A stretch of 64,000 nt of DNA from Octopus bimaculoides (taxonomy: Eukaryota): contig NC_068981.1 of assembly GCF_001194135.2 (NCBI RefSeq), positions 80,375,898-80,439,897 of the forward strand. The letters are read 5' to 3'. Made by a program: the position numbers and the translations under genes. Below the pieces are notes generated by a model. The model was not told where the DNA came from. It did no database searches and was given only the letters and a program-made list of their open reading frames with translations. Below are positions 37,948 through 51,179 of this stretch, piece after piece; position 1 is the stretch's first letter; every line of letters starts with the position of its first letter.

Positions 37948-40278
37948 AGTATGTGCAGGTAGCCAGGTAGGCAAGCAGACAGGTATATCTGTAGCATGTA
38001 GAAAAAATGTTTGGCAAGTTACCCACTTCAGTCGTGTAGGGTGGTGCAGCGGCGAAAGTAGAAAGAAAGAAGTATTGGATAAGTAAACATGAAATAACAT
38101 GAGTGAATTATATTTCTGGCCCTTAAAGACAAAGGCTCGTCCAGTTTACAGTGCAGTCATACCATAACAAGTTGAGATTAGGACAGAGAACAGTAGATAA
38201 CTGCTCCACCAATGCACACTATTTACATGTCAACGAGATTACATTATATGTGTGTGTGTGTCCTTTCCGTGTATGCTATACTCACTGTGAGATAGGATGT
38301 TAAGTTGTCGGGTCGAGTGGGAAGTACAGCAGTACTATAATTAATTATGGATCACTTGTTAGGTTAATATAGTTGCTGAAAGAAATTTACAGCACTGAGA
38401 GCAGCAATAACTGTTGTAATCACCACCATCATCGTCACCATCAGCTACAACAGAAGTATTATTGTTGCTGCTTTTGTTAACCTCCTATTCGTTATTCATC
38501 AAATATCATTACCACCATCCCTCCCTCCTCCTATGTCACCACCGCCACCATTATCACTGTCATACTTGACGTTGTCATCCACTTCTTAAGTGTCAACATC
38601 AGCATCGTTAGCATAGCATAAGTTTTGAGTTTACTTGAGACAACTGTCAACAACTAGTATTGCTGGGTGTGATGATTAAACTGCTAAAGGCTTGAACAAC
38701 TGAAGCAATGAGACTGTTTTGATGTTATTAAAAGGCGTCACCAACTTTAATTATATAAACAGTTATGTTACGTTTGATTATGTAATTAATCAAAAATAGG
38801 ACACTCACACACGCAGTTACAGATTCAGAAAAATGCAAACGTCTCATCGGACAGAAATGTTATTTTTTGATCACTAATTATATGTAACTTACATAATATA
38901 TAAAAAGTGGGCTATAGAAGATCATAGTTTTAGTAGAAGTATTACAGTGGATTATAGCAGATCATTTTATATTTAGTGACGTAGTAGATTGTAAACTCTA
39001 TAGTGAAATGGTAATTAATCTGTCAATTATAAGGACACGGCTGTGAATTTTCGTAAACAATAGAGCTTATAGTGAAATCTATAGCTAACTTCTAGCTTAT
39101 TGTCTTTCTGTTCACTATAGATTTTGTAGGTAATAGCAGTTTCTCATTGGGGGAGCCAACATCTCTCACTTCCTGAGGGTGGGTCTATGAAGACTGAAAA
39201 TGGGTGAATGAAAATACCATATTTAATAAAATCAAGATGGTTTTAAACTTTTTTAACTTAACAAGCACCATGGCAGAGAGAGAAGAATTATATGGGCAAA
39301 AACAAATCCCTAATTATTATTTTTTTTATGGGGTAAGGGTGGGTCAGTTTGAGAACCTCTGGGTTTTAGTGACTGAGTAGATTATTTTTTTTTTGGAAGC
39401 CACTCCCAACAAGGTGGCAAGCAACGAACAATAAAACAAGCTTCAACTAACCACTTAGTATGATGGGAGTACGAGAAAAAAAGAAAGAAAAAATCTAATG
39501 AGAATCTGCCTGAAGAATTATAGAACGATTAATGCAAGAATGAAAAGAGTTAAGATTGTATTTATCTATGGAAACAAGAAAGAAAAGGGATCTATAAGAC
39601 AGCTGTTCAAGGAAAGAAATGGCTGGAGTCGAAACATTTCTTATAGGAGAGGATAACAACAGTGAAAGGATAAATTGGAGAAAGATGCGCTACATGACTA
39701 GTAATTTTAAGAGGAGATACAAGAGAAGAAAGTTCAATGGAATTATTTATGGAATAGGGATAAGGAAGCAATGTCCAGGTGGTGTGAGACGGGTTGAAGT
39801 TTAGCTCTCAAAACAGAACCAATAATATTGGAAATTTACTTCTGAACTTGATTAAAGTAAGAAAGAACATCAGCAGGATATCAGCTGAAATGTAACAAAG
39901 GGATTCCTTACAAGAGTGAATAAAACATTTATAAATATGAGGAATGCATTTGCAAGAAAGATGATAATCAATCTCAATATAGAGAATCAACTTTCATAGG
40001 TCTATTATAGTGTCATAGACGACAGTAGGATCATCATCATCACCATCATTTCAATGTCCACATTTCCTTGCTTGTATCACTTTGATGGAGTCTATTGAGG
40101 CAGGTTTTTTTTTGACCAGGTGTGCTTCTTCATACCCAACTCTCGCCTGTTTCATGCAAGGTAACATTTCCCCATGGCCTGACATGCTTTTCATAGAAGA
40201 CTGGAAATGAACAAATTTGCTTGTATTATGATAATGCACATTTGCAACCATCATATGATGTCTAGATACAGGTAAATA

Positions 40279-40320
<42 letters not shown>

Positions 40321-40356
40321 ATATACATATTATATGTATATATTTATATAACATAT

Positions 40357-40414
<58 letters not shown>

Positions 40415-41198
40415 CNNNNNNNNNNNNNNNNNNNNNNNNNNNNNNNNNNNNNNNNNNNNNNNNNNNNNNNNNNNNNNNNNNNNNNNNNNNNNNNNNNNNN
40501 NNNNNNNNNNNNNNNNNNNNNNNNNNNNNNNNNNNNNNNNNNNNNNNNNNNNNNNNNNNNNNNNNNNNNNNNNNNNNNNNNNNNNNNNNNNNNNNNNNNN
40601 NNNNNNNNNNNNNNNNNNNNNNNNNNNNNNNNNNNNNNNNNNNNNNNNNNNNNNNNNNNNNNNNNNNNNNNNNNNNNNNNNNNNNNNNNNNNNNNNNNNN
40701 NNNNNNNNNNNNNNNNNNNNNNNNNNNNNNNNNNNNNNNNNNNNNNNNNNNNNNNNNNNNNNNNNNNNNNNNNNNNNNNNNNNNNNNNNNNNNNNNNNNN
40801 NNNNNNNNNNNNNNNNNNNNNNNNNNNNNNNNNNNNNNNNNNNNNNNNNNNNNNNNNNNNNNNNNNNNNNNNNNNNNNNNNNNNNNNNNNNNNNNNNNNN
40901 NNNNNNNNNNNNNNNNNNNNNNNNNNNNNNNNNNNNNNNNNNNNNNNNNNNNNNNNNNNNNNNNNNNNNNNNNNNNNNNNNNNNNNNNNNNNNNNNNNNN
41001 NNNNNNNNNNNNNNNNNNNNNNNNNNNNNNNNNNNNNNNNNNNNNNNNNNNNNNNNNNNNNNNNNNNNNNNNNNNNNNNNNNNNNNNNNNNNNNNNNNNN
41101 NNNNNNNNNNNNNNNNNNNNNNNNNNNNNNNNNNNNNNNNNNNNNNNNNNNNNNNNNNNNNNNNNNNNNNNNNNNNNNNNNNNNNNNNNNNNNNNNNN

Positions 41199-41239
<41 letters not shown>

Positions 41240-41944
41240 CAATGGGCTTCTTTTGGTTTCTATCAACCAAATCCAGTTACAAGGCTTTGGACAGCCCAGG
41301 GCTCTTGTAGAAGACACCTATCCATGATGCTATGCAGTAGGAGGTGGAAAGCAAGTTTCTTAGCCACACAGCCACATCAACACCTATCATATTATAGACA
41401 CCATAATGTCATAAAATGTACCAATTGGCTATAGCAGATTAAAGGTATAGTTACATGAGAGTATATCAGTGGATTATAATAAATCATTATAGGTTACAAT
41501 GATATGCTGATAATGCAGTGGATTATAGTGGATTATGAAAGGAATTCTTAGCATTTCTACATCACTAATGTAGAAGGATTTGACTGAGTAAATTATAGGA
41601 TACTATCATTGTGAAACAATGGAAAATACTTGGCCATGTATTATGCATACCTGTGAGGAGACCATTAAGAGTCTTTCTCAAGAAAGAGGGCATAGGAAGT
41701 GAAACAGTTTTGTTAAAATCTGGTTGAGGACAGTAGAGGAAGACCTAGCAGATAAAGGCTTGGTCTGACTTAGGAGCGGGCTCATGACAGGACTTGCATT
41801 TGTACTAGGTAGAGCCCTTATTATCTAATGTTTCATGGTAAGTGGGAGGAATGAAGACTAATGTAATAAATTGTAATGCTATGCTACTATTTTTGAAAGA
41901 TAATTGTAGATCATAGATATTGTAATGATATAGATGTATGGTAG

Positions 41945-42775
41945 TCATCATCATCATCATCATTGTTTAACGTCCGCTTTCCATGCTAGCATGGGTTGGA
42001 CGATTTGACTGAGGACTGGTGAAACCGGATGGCAACACCAGGCTCCAATCTAATTTGGCAGAGTTTCTACAGCTGGATGCCCTTCCTNNNNNNNNNNNNN
42101 NNNNNNNNNNNNNNNNNNNNNNNNNNNNNNNNNNNNNNNNNNNNNNNNNNNNNNNNNNNNNNNNNNNNNNNNNNNNNNNNNNNNNNNNNNNNNNNNNNNN
42201 NNNNNNNNNNNNNNNNNNNNNNNNNNNNNNNNNNNNNNNNNNNNNNNNNNNNNNNNNNNNNNNNNNNNNNNNNNNNNNNNNNNNNNNNNNNNNNNNNNNN
42301 NNNNNNNNNNNNNNNNNNNNNNNNNNNNNNNNNNNNNNNNNNNNNNNNNNNNNNNNNNNNNNNNNNNNNNNNNNNNNNNNNNNNNNNNNNNNNNNNNNNN
42401 NNNNNNNNNNNNNNNNNNNNNNNNNNNNNNNNNNNNNNNNNNNNNNNNNNNNNNNNNNNNNNNNNNNNNNNNNNNNNNNNNNNNNNNNNNNNNNNNNNNN
42501 NNNNNNNNNNNNNNNNNNNNNNNNNNNNNNNNNNNNNNNNNNNNNNNNNNNNNNNNNNNNNNNNNNNNNNNNNNNNNNNNNNNNNNNNNNNNNNNNNNNN
42601 NNNNNNNNNNNNNNNNNNNNNNNNNNNNNNNNNNNNNNNNNNNNNNNNNNNNNNNNNNNNNNNNNNNNNNNNNNNNNNNNNNNNNNNNNNNNNNNNNNNN
42701 NNNNNNNNNNNNNNNNNNNCTCAGCCTAGGTCTTCCTGGGCCTACCTCTTCCACGGGTTCCCTCAACTGTTAGGG
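41945..42775 (-). mobile_element. Truncated RTE-like LINE copy spanning a gap
   Basis: 3' UTR at 41945-42087; RT C-terminal piece (GRGRPR) at 42720-42775 homologous to 61250-61295. Confidence 0.8.
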
Positions 42776-44032
42776 TGGGTTGTAATAAATGATGGAGATA
42801 GGGAAATATTTTTATCCTTTACTTTCTTCAGTCATTGAACTGTGGCCTTGTTGAAGCATCATCTTGAAGGGTTTCAGTCAAATAAATTGACCCCAGTAGT
42901 TATTATTTTTTTAAAGTTTGGTTTATATTTTATTGGTCACTTTGACCTAGTGGTTGGTTACAAGTTCAATTCCTGGACTGGGTTGTGCATTGTGTCCTTG
43001 AGTATGGCACTTCATTTCATGTTGCTCCAGTCTACACATCTGAAATGAGCACTAGCTGAGCACCAGTGCAGCCTTTACTTTCACAAGCTGTCATATCTTG
43101 GATGTTCTGCTGGATCAAAAGTAGGACTAAGAGGGCACCTATGTCTGCATGCAATGACATAGGCATCTAAAACATTTTGTGAAAGCTTGGTACATGTTAC
43201 CAAGTCAATCTCATTTGCTAGTGGTGGCTGTTAAGTGTTCTAGTCTTCTATCTGCTATCACTCTCAATATCCTCTCAAATCCACTTTCAATGCCTCCACC
43301 ACTTCTGTTGCCTCATTTCTTATGGTCACCCTCATGTACTTCTGACCTTCATTTCTGCCACTGTTCATCTCCTCCCCAACTCTCATACTGCACATCATCT
43401 CCCTTCTTTCTGTTCTATCTACAAATTTATGATGCTGTTGCTTGCTACAACTTCAACACCTGCATCAATCCACTTTTACTTCTCTCAAATATCTTCCCAT
43501 TCAGTTGAATGGGTGCTTTTTTTTCCTTTTTATTTCCTTTGTCTTGCAAGTTACTTAGCAACTTCACTAGTGCTGGTGTCCTGAAATAAGTACCCAGTAA
43601 ACACTAATGTGGTTAGCGTCAGGAAGGACATCCAACTATAGAAATTATACTAAAGCTGACATTGGGGCCTGATAGAGCTCTGTGGCTCGTTGAATCCTGT
43701 CAAACTGTCCAGCCTATGCCAGCAATGGAAAATGGATGTTAAATGTTGATGATATTAATGATGATATACCAGTATATCAGTGCACTATAACAAATTATAG
43801 TGGCATGGAGTATGTTATTGGATCATAGTAAATATTAGGCTTTAGAACATCATTGGTTCATATGTAGAAACTTTGAAATGATATCAGGGCTTTTATTTGG
43901 AGCCAATGATTTGTTTTCATTTGGCAACATCCTGAACTGATTTGTTTTCTATTTTCCATTTATATATCTATCAGCTGATAATGAAATATAACCATATGCA
44001 CATGCAGGCACACAGGTACACATTGGCATTAA

Positions 44033-44255
44033 CCCTTTTGATACCAACCCAGCTGAAACCGGCTCTGGCTCTGTAGTACAAATGTCTTGTTTTCATAAGC
44101 TTTGAATTAAAATCTTCCACCAAAACCTTAGTCATAATTTATGTTCCTAACACTAGCTTAATGATAACTAAGTTATTTTACTAAATTCTTTGTTATATTT
44201 AAAATTAACTGAAAGAAACACAAAGCATCTCAAACTAAATACAGTAACAAAAGGG
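44033..44255. mobile_element. piggyBac-like MITE
   Basis: TTAA on both sides; CCCTTTTG(A/T)TAC terminal inverted repeats. Confidence 0.85.
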
Positions 44256-45739
44256 TTAATTAAACAATACCATGTGAAATAAGACTACTATATTGTTTGA
44301 ATATAACTATACCAGCTACAAGTAGGAAGTAACTATCAAATGTTCCAAAGATCAGTAAATATATCACATACGATTCAAATCTGAATGATAACATTTTCCA
44401 AGAAGATTGAACTTATCTATTTGTTTACACTTAAATATAATACAGTCCAGTGTTTTTATTTTATTTCTACCATTCTCTCTTCATGGCCAATAAATTTCAT
44501 TGACATAATGAAACTGTTAATTAACATTACAAATACGAAAATGGGAAGAGTGTGATTGTCACTAAGAGAAGGAAACTTTGAATTTGTTTTACTGTCAATA
44601 ACTGTTTTTCCTTTCTTTAGTTTAATATCAAATTCTCATGTGAACGCATATGAAGTAGTCCATCAAGTGTCACATAAGGCAGTGTAAANNNNNNNNNNNN
44701 NNNNNNNNNNNNNNNNNNNNNNNNNNNNNNNNNNNNNNNNNNNNNNNNNNNNNNNNNNNNNNNNNNNNNNNNNNNNNNNNNNNNNNNNNNNNNNNNNNNN
44801 NNNNNNNNNNNNNNNNNNNNNNNNNNNNNNNNNNNNNNNNNNNNNNNNNNNNNNNNNNNNNNNNNNNNNNNNNNNNNNNNNNNNNNNNNNNNNNNNNNNN
44901 NNNNNNNNNNNNNNNNNNNNNNNNNNNNNNNNNNNNNNNNNNNNNNNNNNNNNNNNNNNNNNNNNNNNNNNNNNNNNNNNNNNNNNNNNNNNNNNNNNNN
45001 NNNNNNNNNNNNNNNNNNNNNNNNNNNNNNNNNNNNNNNNNNNNNNNNNNNNNNNNNNNNNNNNNNNNNNNNNNNNNNNNNNNNNNNNNNNNNNNNNNNN
45101 NNNNNNNNNNNNNNNNNNNNNNNNNNNNNNNNNNNNNNNNNNNNNNNNNNNNNNNNNNNNNNNNNNNNNNNNNNNNNNNNNNNNNNNNNNNNNNNNNNNN
45201 NNNNNNCAGCTACAAGTAGGAAGTAACTATCAAATGTTCCAAAGATCAGTAAATATAATCATCGGCAATATGGCTAAGGAAAATAGTTCAAGAGAGTATT
45301 GGTTTCACATATTAATTTCAAATACAGTAGAACATTTACATATTTAATATAAAGAGTTGAAAAAAGTAACAAAAAATAAAATTGATTAACTAAGATTATT
45401 CATGCAGTTAGTAAACAAAGAAACTTCCTCTAGGAGGTTTTTAAGATACACTTACACACATACATATGTACACACACACACACACACACACACTCACACA
45501 CACACACNNNNNNNNNNNNNNNNNNNNNNNNNNNNNNNNNNNNNNNNNNNNNNNNNNNNNNNNNNNNNNNNNNNNNNNNNNNNNNNNNNNNNNNNNNNNN
45601 NNNNNNNNNNNNNNNNNNNNNNNNNNNNNNNNNNNNNNNNNNNNNNNNNNNNNNNNNNNNNNNNNNNNNNNNNNNNNNNNNNNNNNNNNNNNNNNNNNNN
45701 NNNNNNNNNNNNNNNNNNNNNNNNNNNNNNNNNNNNNNN

Positions 45740-45794
<55 letters not shown>

Positions 45795-46424
45795 TACATA
45801 CATACATATATACATAGACAGACATGAACAATTGTCTCCCTTAACAGGCTAGTAAGGGAGACAATTGCAGCAAAATCAATTGAGTGAAATTCTGGAAAAT
45901 CTATATGATCCCACTGATAGGTTAACTGCTAACTATTTTGCAATAGGTGTAGAAATTTATAAGTCATTCAATTTTGATGAAAGGCTTCAGACATATATAT
46001 ATATTATCATAATATAACATCCATGTTCCATGCTGGCATGAATTTGAGTTGGATGTGACTGGATCTGATGGTCCAAGGACTGCATAATGCTTCATTGTCT
46101 GCTTTGGCAAGCTTCTAGGACTGGATGCTTTTCTGCTCACCAAGTCTTGTCTGTTTCCAAAGAAGTAATATTTCCATCAAATATGAACAGTATTCTTTTA
46201 TTCTTTTACTTGTTTCAGTCATTTGACTGTGGCAATGCTGGAGCACTACCTTGAAGGGTTTGAGCTGAACAAATCAATCCCAGGACTTATTTTTTAAAGT
46301 CTAGCACTTATTCTAACAGTCTCTTTTGCCAAACCATTAAGTTATGGGGACGTAATCACACCAACATCAATTGTCAAATGGTGATGGGGTGGGGGAACAA
46401 ACACAGACACAAAGACACACACAG

Positions 46425-46483
<59 letters not shown>

Positions 46484-46488
<5 letters not shown>

Positions 46489-47730
46489 GGTGTAGTGAAT
46501 ATATTGTCTAATTTACGCCAAAATAAAAATAACTCTGACATCTCATTTTAACAGATATATTTACTAAAATTACATAAAGATATCTTGAAATACTAAAGAG
46601 TAAATTTATTCCATAAAATCGCCATTCACTTCAACCATGGCCTCCAGATGATTTTGGAATCTCTTGCAACACTCTCCTTGTTTAAGTTGGTGAATACTAC
46701 TATAATCCTTGCCTTCAGTTCATCTTTGGTTTTACAATGAGTCTTGTTGATCTCTCACTCAACTGCACCCCACATATAATAATCAAGGGGGTTGCAGTTT
46801 GGGGTGTAAGGTAGCCAGATGTTAGTGGTGATAAGATTGCAGAAATTGTCTGACAGCTATGACTGGGTTCTCCTGCTTGTTTCCAGACATAAGGATTTCC
46901 AGCAGCCACCCTCTTTGTCCAGGGCAGCAATACCTCCTCCAGGCACTTGATGTAGGCTTCTATGTTGAGTCTGAGGCCTTGTGGGAAGATGAATGACAGC
47001 ATAACATCACCATCACTAGTGATCACTCCAAACACCATGATGTTGAGTGGATATTTGATTTTTATCACACCCGGTACATGTTTTGGGGACATGGCAATAC
47101 AACTGTTGTTCTGTGTGTTCACCATTTGATCCTATCAGAAATTTTTCTCATCTGAGAAAAACCAAAATATGTTCAGTTGGAGGAGACGCTTGAGTTTGTT
47201 CAAAAGCTTTGTAGCACGGTATTTCCTCTTCTCCTTGATGGCTTCAGATAAAAATTGGCCCTTTCTCATCTTGTATGAGGAATACCAAATGTCTTCATGC
47301 ACTACCTGCCTGATAAAAAACTCAGACACTCTCATGTCCCTGGCAATGGACCTGATTGACTTGGAGGGATCATTGTCAATCATGGCTTGTATTTCTTTTC
47401 TTATCAAAATGATCAGAGTTAGTTTTCCGAGCTGCTGTACCTCCGTAATCACTATTCGGCTCATCCAACTCTTTCCAAATCCTCTGCACTGTCCTCAGAT
47501 TGACACTCAAACACTCTGAAATGTTTGTATTGGAGTTTCTGGTGCAAATGCCAAGCAGTACAGCATGTCATTTCCAAATTTCTGGCAAAGTGAATTGCAT
47601 CATGGTGCTGTTTTTGTCACAGTGCCCAACTGACGCTACTGTACTGTGTAGCTGACAAAATCAAAAGCAAATAATGCATATGCATGAAATTAAAAATATA
47701 AAATGGTGACAATTTACCCGTTGCACCCTG
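46484..47730 (-). mobile_element. Tc1/mariner DD37D (maT-like) element, decayed, inserted into a SINE
   Basis: ORFs 47464-47135 (SIRSIARDM...FFSDEKNF) and 47125-46715 (IMVFGVITSDGDVM); TIR-like ends; absent from duplication unit B at this site. Confidence 0.88.
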
Positions 47731-48075
47731 TATATGCACACCACAGGCTGCTTTCAGTTTCCATCTACCAGATCCGCTCACATGGCTTTGGTTGGCCCAA
47801 AGCTATGGTAGAAGACATTTGCTCAAGGTGCCACATAGTGGTACAGAACCCTGAACCATATGGTCGAGGAGCAAGCTTCTTACCACACAGCCATGGCCAT
47901 ATTTTCAAAAAAGATTGCAAACGAGCAACAGTACTTATCTGACAGTGGCATTTCCTTGCAATTAGCATATAACATCAAGATAGGGAGACACATACATATA
48001 GACTTGGATGTCTTGAATTGACACTGTCATCACCTTTAATGGGCTGTCATAAGCAAGTAAGTAACTAAGCAAGTA

Positions 48076-48654
48076 CAGTAGTCTGTCACTAAATCGGCAA
48101 CCTGTAATGTGGCAAAATCAGTACTCTGGCATTAATTTTAGCTAGAAAACTTTCAAATTTCCCATGTCACCACACTAACCAGTTGTTACAATTTGTTGGT
48201 GCTGTTTGCTTGCATAAACACACTCACTTCATTTGTAAATAAAGACAGGCCTTTACAGTTTTTTTTTCTTTCATTTATTATTATTTCATTATCATTATTA
48301 TTTTCACTTTTAGCCCCAGCCATTGTTGCAATGCATAAAGGAAGTGCTTCTCATGGTGTAAAGTGTAAACACTGTACATTATTCATAAAAGAAAAAGTTG
48401 AACTGTTGGAAAAACTTGACAGTGGTGTCCCTGCGAAAAGATTGTGTGAATTATACAATGTTGGATCTTTGACAGTTTACGACATAAAAAAAAAAACAAA
48501 AAGAAACAGAAAGACCAGGTACTCCATTTCTTTGTTAACAGTGAGTCAAAGAAACAATTGATAATCAATAATCCAGCAAAATCACTAATCCAGCAAAATC
48601 ACTAATCCAGCACTACCCAAGTCCCAAAGATGCTGGATAATTGGCAGTTAACTG
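48076..48654 (+). mobile_element. Internally deleted Tigger/pogo element with an N-terminal HTH relic
   Basis: TA|CAGT...ACTG ends; encodes KHCTLFIKEKVELLEKLDSGVPAKRLCELYNVGSLTVYDIKK; absent from unit B. Confidence 0.75.
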
Positions 48655-48872
48655 TGTATACATATATGCAAAGAGGTACTTTCAGTTTCTGTTGACCAAA
48701 TCCATTGATGAAGTTTTTTTCAGCCCAGGGCTTCAGTAGAAATTGCTTGCCTTAAGTGGTGCTGAATGGGACTGAACCTAAAATCATGAAGTTGCAAAAT
48801 AAATTTCTTAACTACACTGTCATGTGTGTGTGTGTGTGTGTGTGTGTGGAGAGAGAGAGAAAGAGGGAGAGG

Positions 48873-48919
<47 letters not shown>

Positions 48920-48975
48920 GGAGAGAGAGAGAGAAAAAGAGAGAGAGAAAGCGAGAGAGAGAGAGATGGACAAAC

Positions 48976-49008
<33 letters not shown>

Positions 49009-49417
49009 CATAGACAGACAGACAGATAGATAGATAGATAGATAGAAAGAGAGAGAAAGAGAGTGAGAGAGAGAGAGAAAGAGACAGACAGACAGGTTTT
49101 CTTTTGTTTATTTGTTTGCTACTTTCAGTCATAGGACAGTGGCCATGCTGTGACAATAACTTTATAGTTTGCTGATGTTGGTTAGATCTAGATCAGCCCT
49201 GATTAAACCCAGTTCTTTGACTGGTATTTATTTGTACTAGCAGGACCTGGGAATATTTCACAGAATTAATGGTAAATTTGGGTTGTTTCTGAAAACTTTA
49301 TGAAAAACACTCGAAAGTATAGCCTGTGTTGTGTCTATATCGAAAGATAATTGTTCATCTGTGAATCATTGAAAAGTGGAAGAAATTGGAATATGATATT
49401 ACTTAATGCATCTTATA

Positions 49418-49737
49418 TCATCATCATTGTTTAACGTCCGCTTTCCATGCTAGCATGGGTTGGACGATTTGACTGAGAACTGGTGAAACCAGATGGCTAC
49501 ACCAGGCTCCAATCTGATTTGGCAGAGTTTCTACAGCTGGATGCCCTTCCTAACGCCAACCACTCCGAGAGTGTAGTGGATGCTTTTACGTGCCACCGGC
49601 ACGAAGGCCAGTCTGGCGGTACTGGCAATGGCCACGCTCAAAATGGTGTATTTTACGTGCCACCCGCACAAGAGCCAGTCCAGGGGCACTGGCAACGATC
49701 TCGCTCGAAAGTCCTTACACATGCCACGGGTACAAGT
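49418..49737 (-). mobile_element. RTE-like LINE 3' UTR with ~60-65-bp internal tandem units
   Basis: Same family as 60323-60645; runs into a gap. Confidence 0.9.
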
Positions 49738-50267
49738 NNNNNNNNNNNNNNNNNNNNNNNNNNNNNNNNNNNNNNNNNNNNNNNNNNNNNNNNNNNNNNN
49801 NNNNNNNNNNNNNNNNNNNNNNNNNNNNNNNNNNNNNNNNNNNNNNNNNNNNNNNNNNNNNNNNNNNNNNNNNNNNNNNNNNNNNNNNNNNNNNNNNNNN
49901 NNNNNNNNNNNNNNNNNNNNNNNNNNNNNNNNNNNNNNNNNNNNNNNNNNNNNNNNNNNNNNNNNNNNNNNNNNNNNNNNNNNNNNNNNNNNNNNNNNNN
50001 NNNNNNNNNNNNNNNNNNNNNNNNNNNNNNNNNNNNNNNNNNNNNNNNNNNNNNNNNNNNNNNNNNNNNNNNNNNNNNNNNNNNNNNNNNNNNNNNNNNN
50101 NNNNNNNNNNNNNNNNNNNNNNNNNNNNNNNNNNNNNNNNNNNNNNNNNNNNNNNNNNNNNNNNNNNNNNNNNNNNNNNNNNNNNNNNNNNNNNNNNNNN
50201 NNNNNNNNNNNNNNNNNNNNNNNNNNNNNNNNNNNNNNNNNNNNNNNNNNNNNNNNNNNNNNNNNNN

Positions 50268-50420
50268 ACCTCTCCTTCCCCTCCCTCCCCTATCTCCCAA
50301 CTCCCCTCCTTCTCCTAACTCCCCTCCTTCTCCTAACTCCCCTCCTTCTCCTAACTCCCCTTCCTCTCCTAACTCCCCCTCTCCTATCTCCCCTCCCTCT
50401 CCTAACTCCCCCTCTTCTAA
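50268..50420. repeat. 18-bp pyrimidine minisatellite (CTCCCCTCCTTCTCCTAA)n, next to a purine-rich GA tract (50500-50770)
   Basis: About 7 degenerate units visible. Confidence 0.85.
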
Positions 50421-50844
50421 TTCCCCCATCTCTCTCCCCCATATTTCTCCCTCATATCTCTCCCATGATTAGTTGTAATGCTTTCATGTGATCAGCTGAA
50501 GGGAAAGGCAAAGAACAAGGGAAAAAGAGGGAGAAAGAAAAAGGGGAAAGAAAAGAGGATAAGGGGAAGAGTGAGAGAAAAAGATGGAGAGAGAAAAAGA
50601 GAGAGAGAAAAAGAGGGAGAGAAAAAGGGAGAGAGAAATGTTCATGAGGTAGGAGGCGAAGAGCAAGAGAAAAAGAGGGAGAAAGGAAAAGGAGAGAAAA
50701 AGAGGGTAAGGTGAAGAGTGAGAGAGAAAGAAAGAAAAAAAGGAGAAAGAAAAAGCGGGAGAACAAAGTATCCATGACATGAGGTAGAAAGAACATAATA
50801 TATATTATGTAGTTAAAAAGTTGAAAGTAATGATATAGAGAATG

Positions 50845-51047
50845 AGAGAAGGTGGTGAGTTGGCAGAAATGTTAGCACACTAGGCGAAATGCTTAGCAGT
50901 ATTTCGTCTGTCTTTATGTTCTGTGTTCAAATTCATCCTTTTGGGGGTGGGGTTGATAAATTAAGGACTAGTTGCATACTGGGGTTGATCTAATCGACTA
51001 ACCCTCCCTCCCCAAAATTTCAGGCCTAGTGCCTAGAGTAGAAAAGG
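50845..51047 (+). mobile_element. tRNA-derived SINE, family 2, internally deleted
   Basis: ggtgagttggcagaaatgttagc head; gttgataaattaag...ggggttgatctaatcgac core. Confidence 0.7.
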
Positions 51048-51140
51048 ATATAGAGAAGGAAAATGACAAATATAATTTTAGCAGAAGGGTGATGTTCTGA
51101 TGATGAAGTTAAAGAAAGGCGGAGAGACTGGGAGGGAGAC

Positions 51141-51177
<37 letters not shown>

Positions 51178-51179
51178 GA

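Larger units (their letters stand above)
43407..49245 (+). repeat. Segmental duplication unit A
   Basis: Colinear blocks shared with unit B: 43407-43791/53213-53601, 45256-45480/54738-54960, 45795-46420/57823-58470, 47740-48060/58510-59405, 48660-49245/59408-59845. Confidence 0.9.

Noticed and set aside
44311-45262. ~55-bp direct repeat across the 44689-45207 gap
   Set aside because: Cannot be distinguished from contig overlap or mis-joining at the gap.
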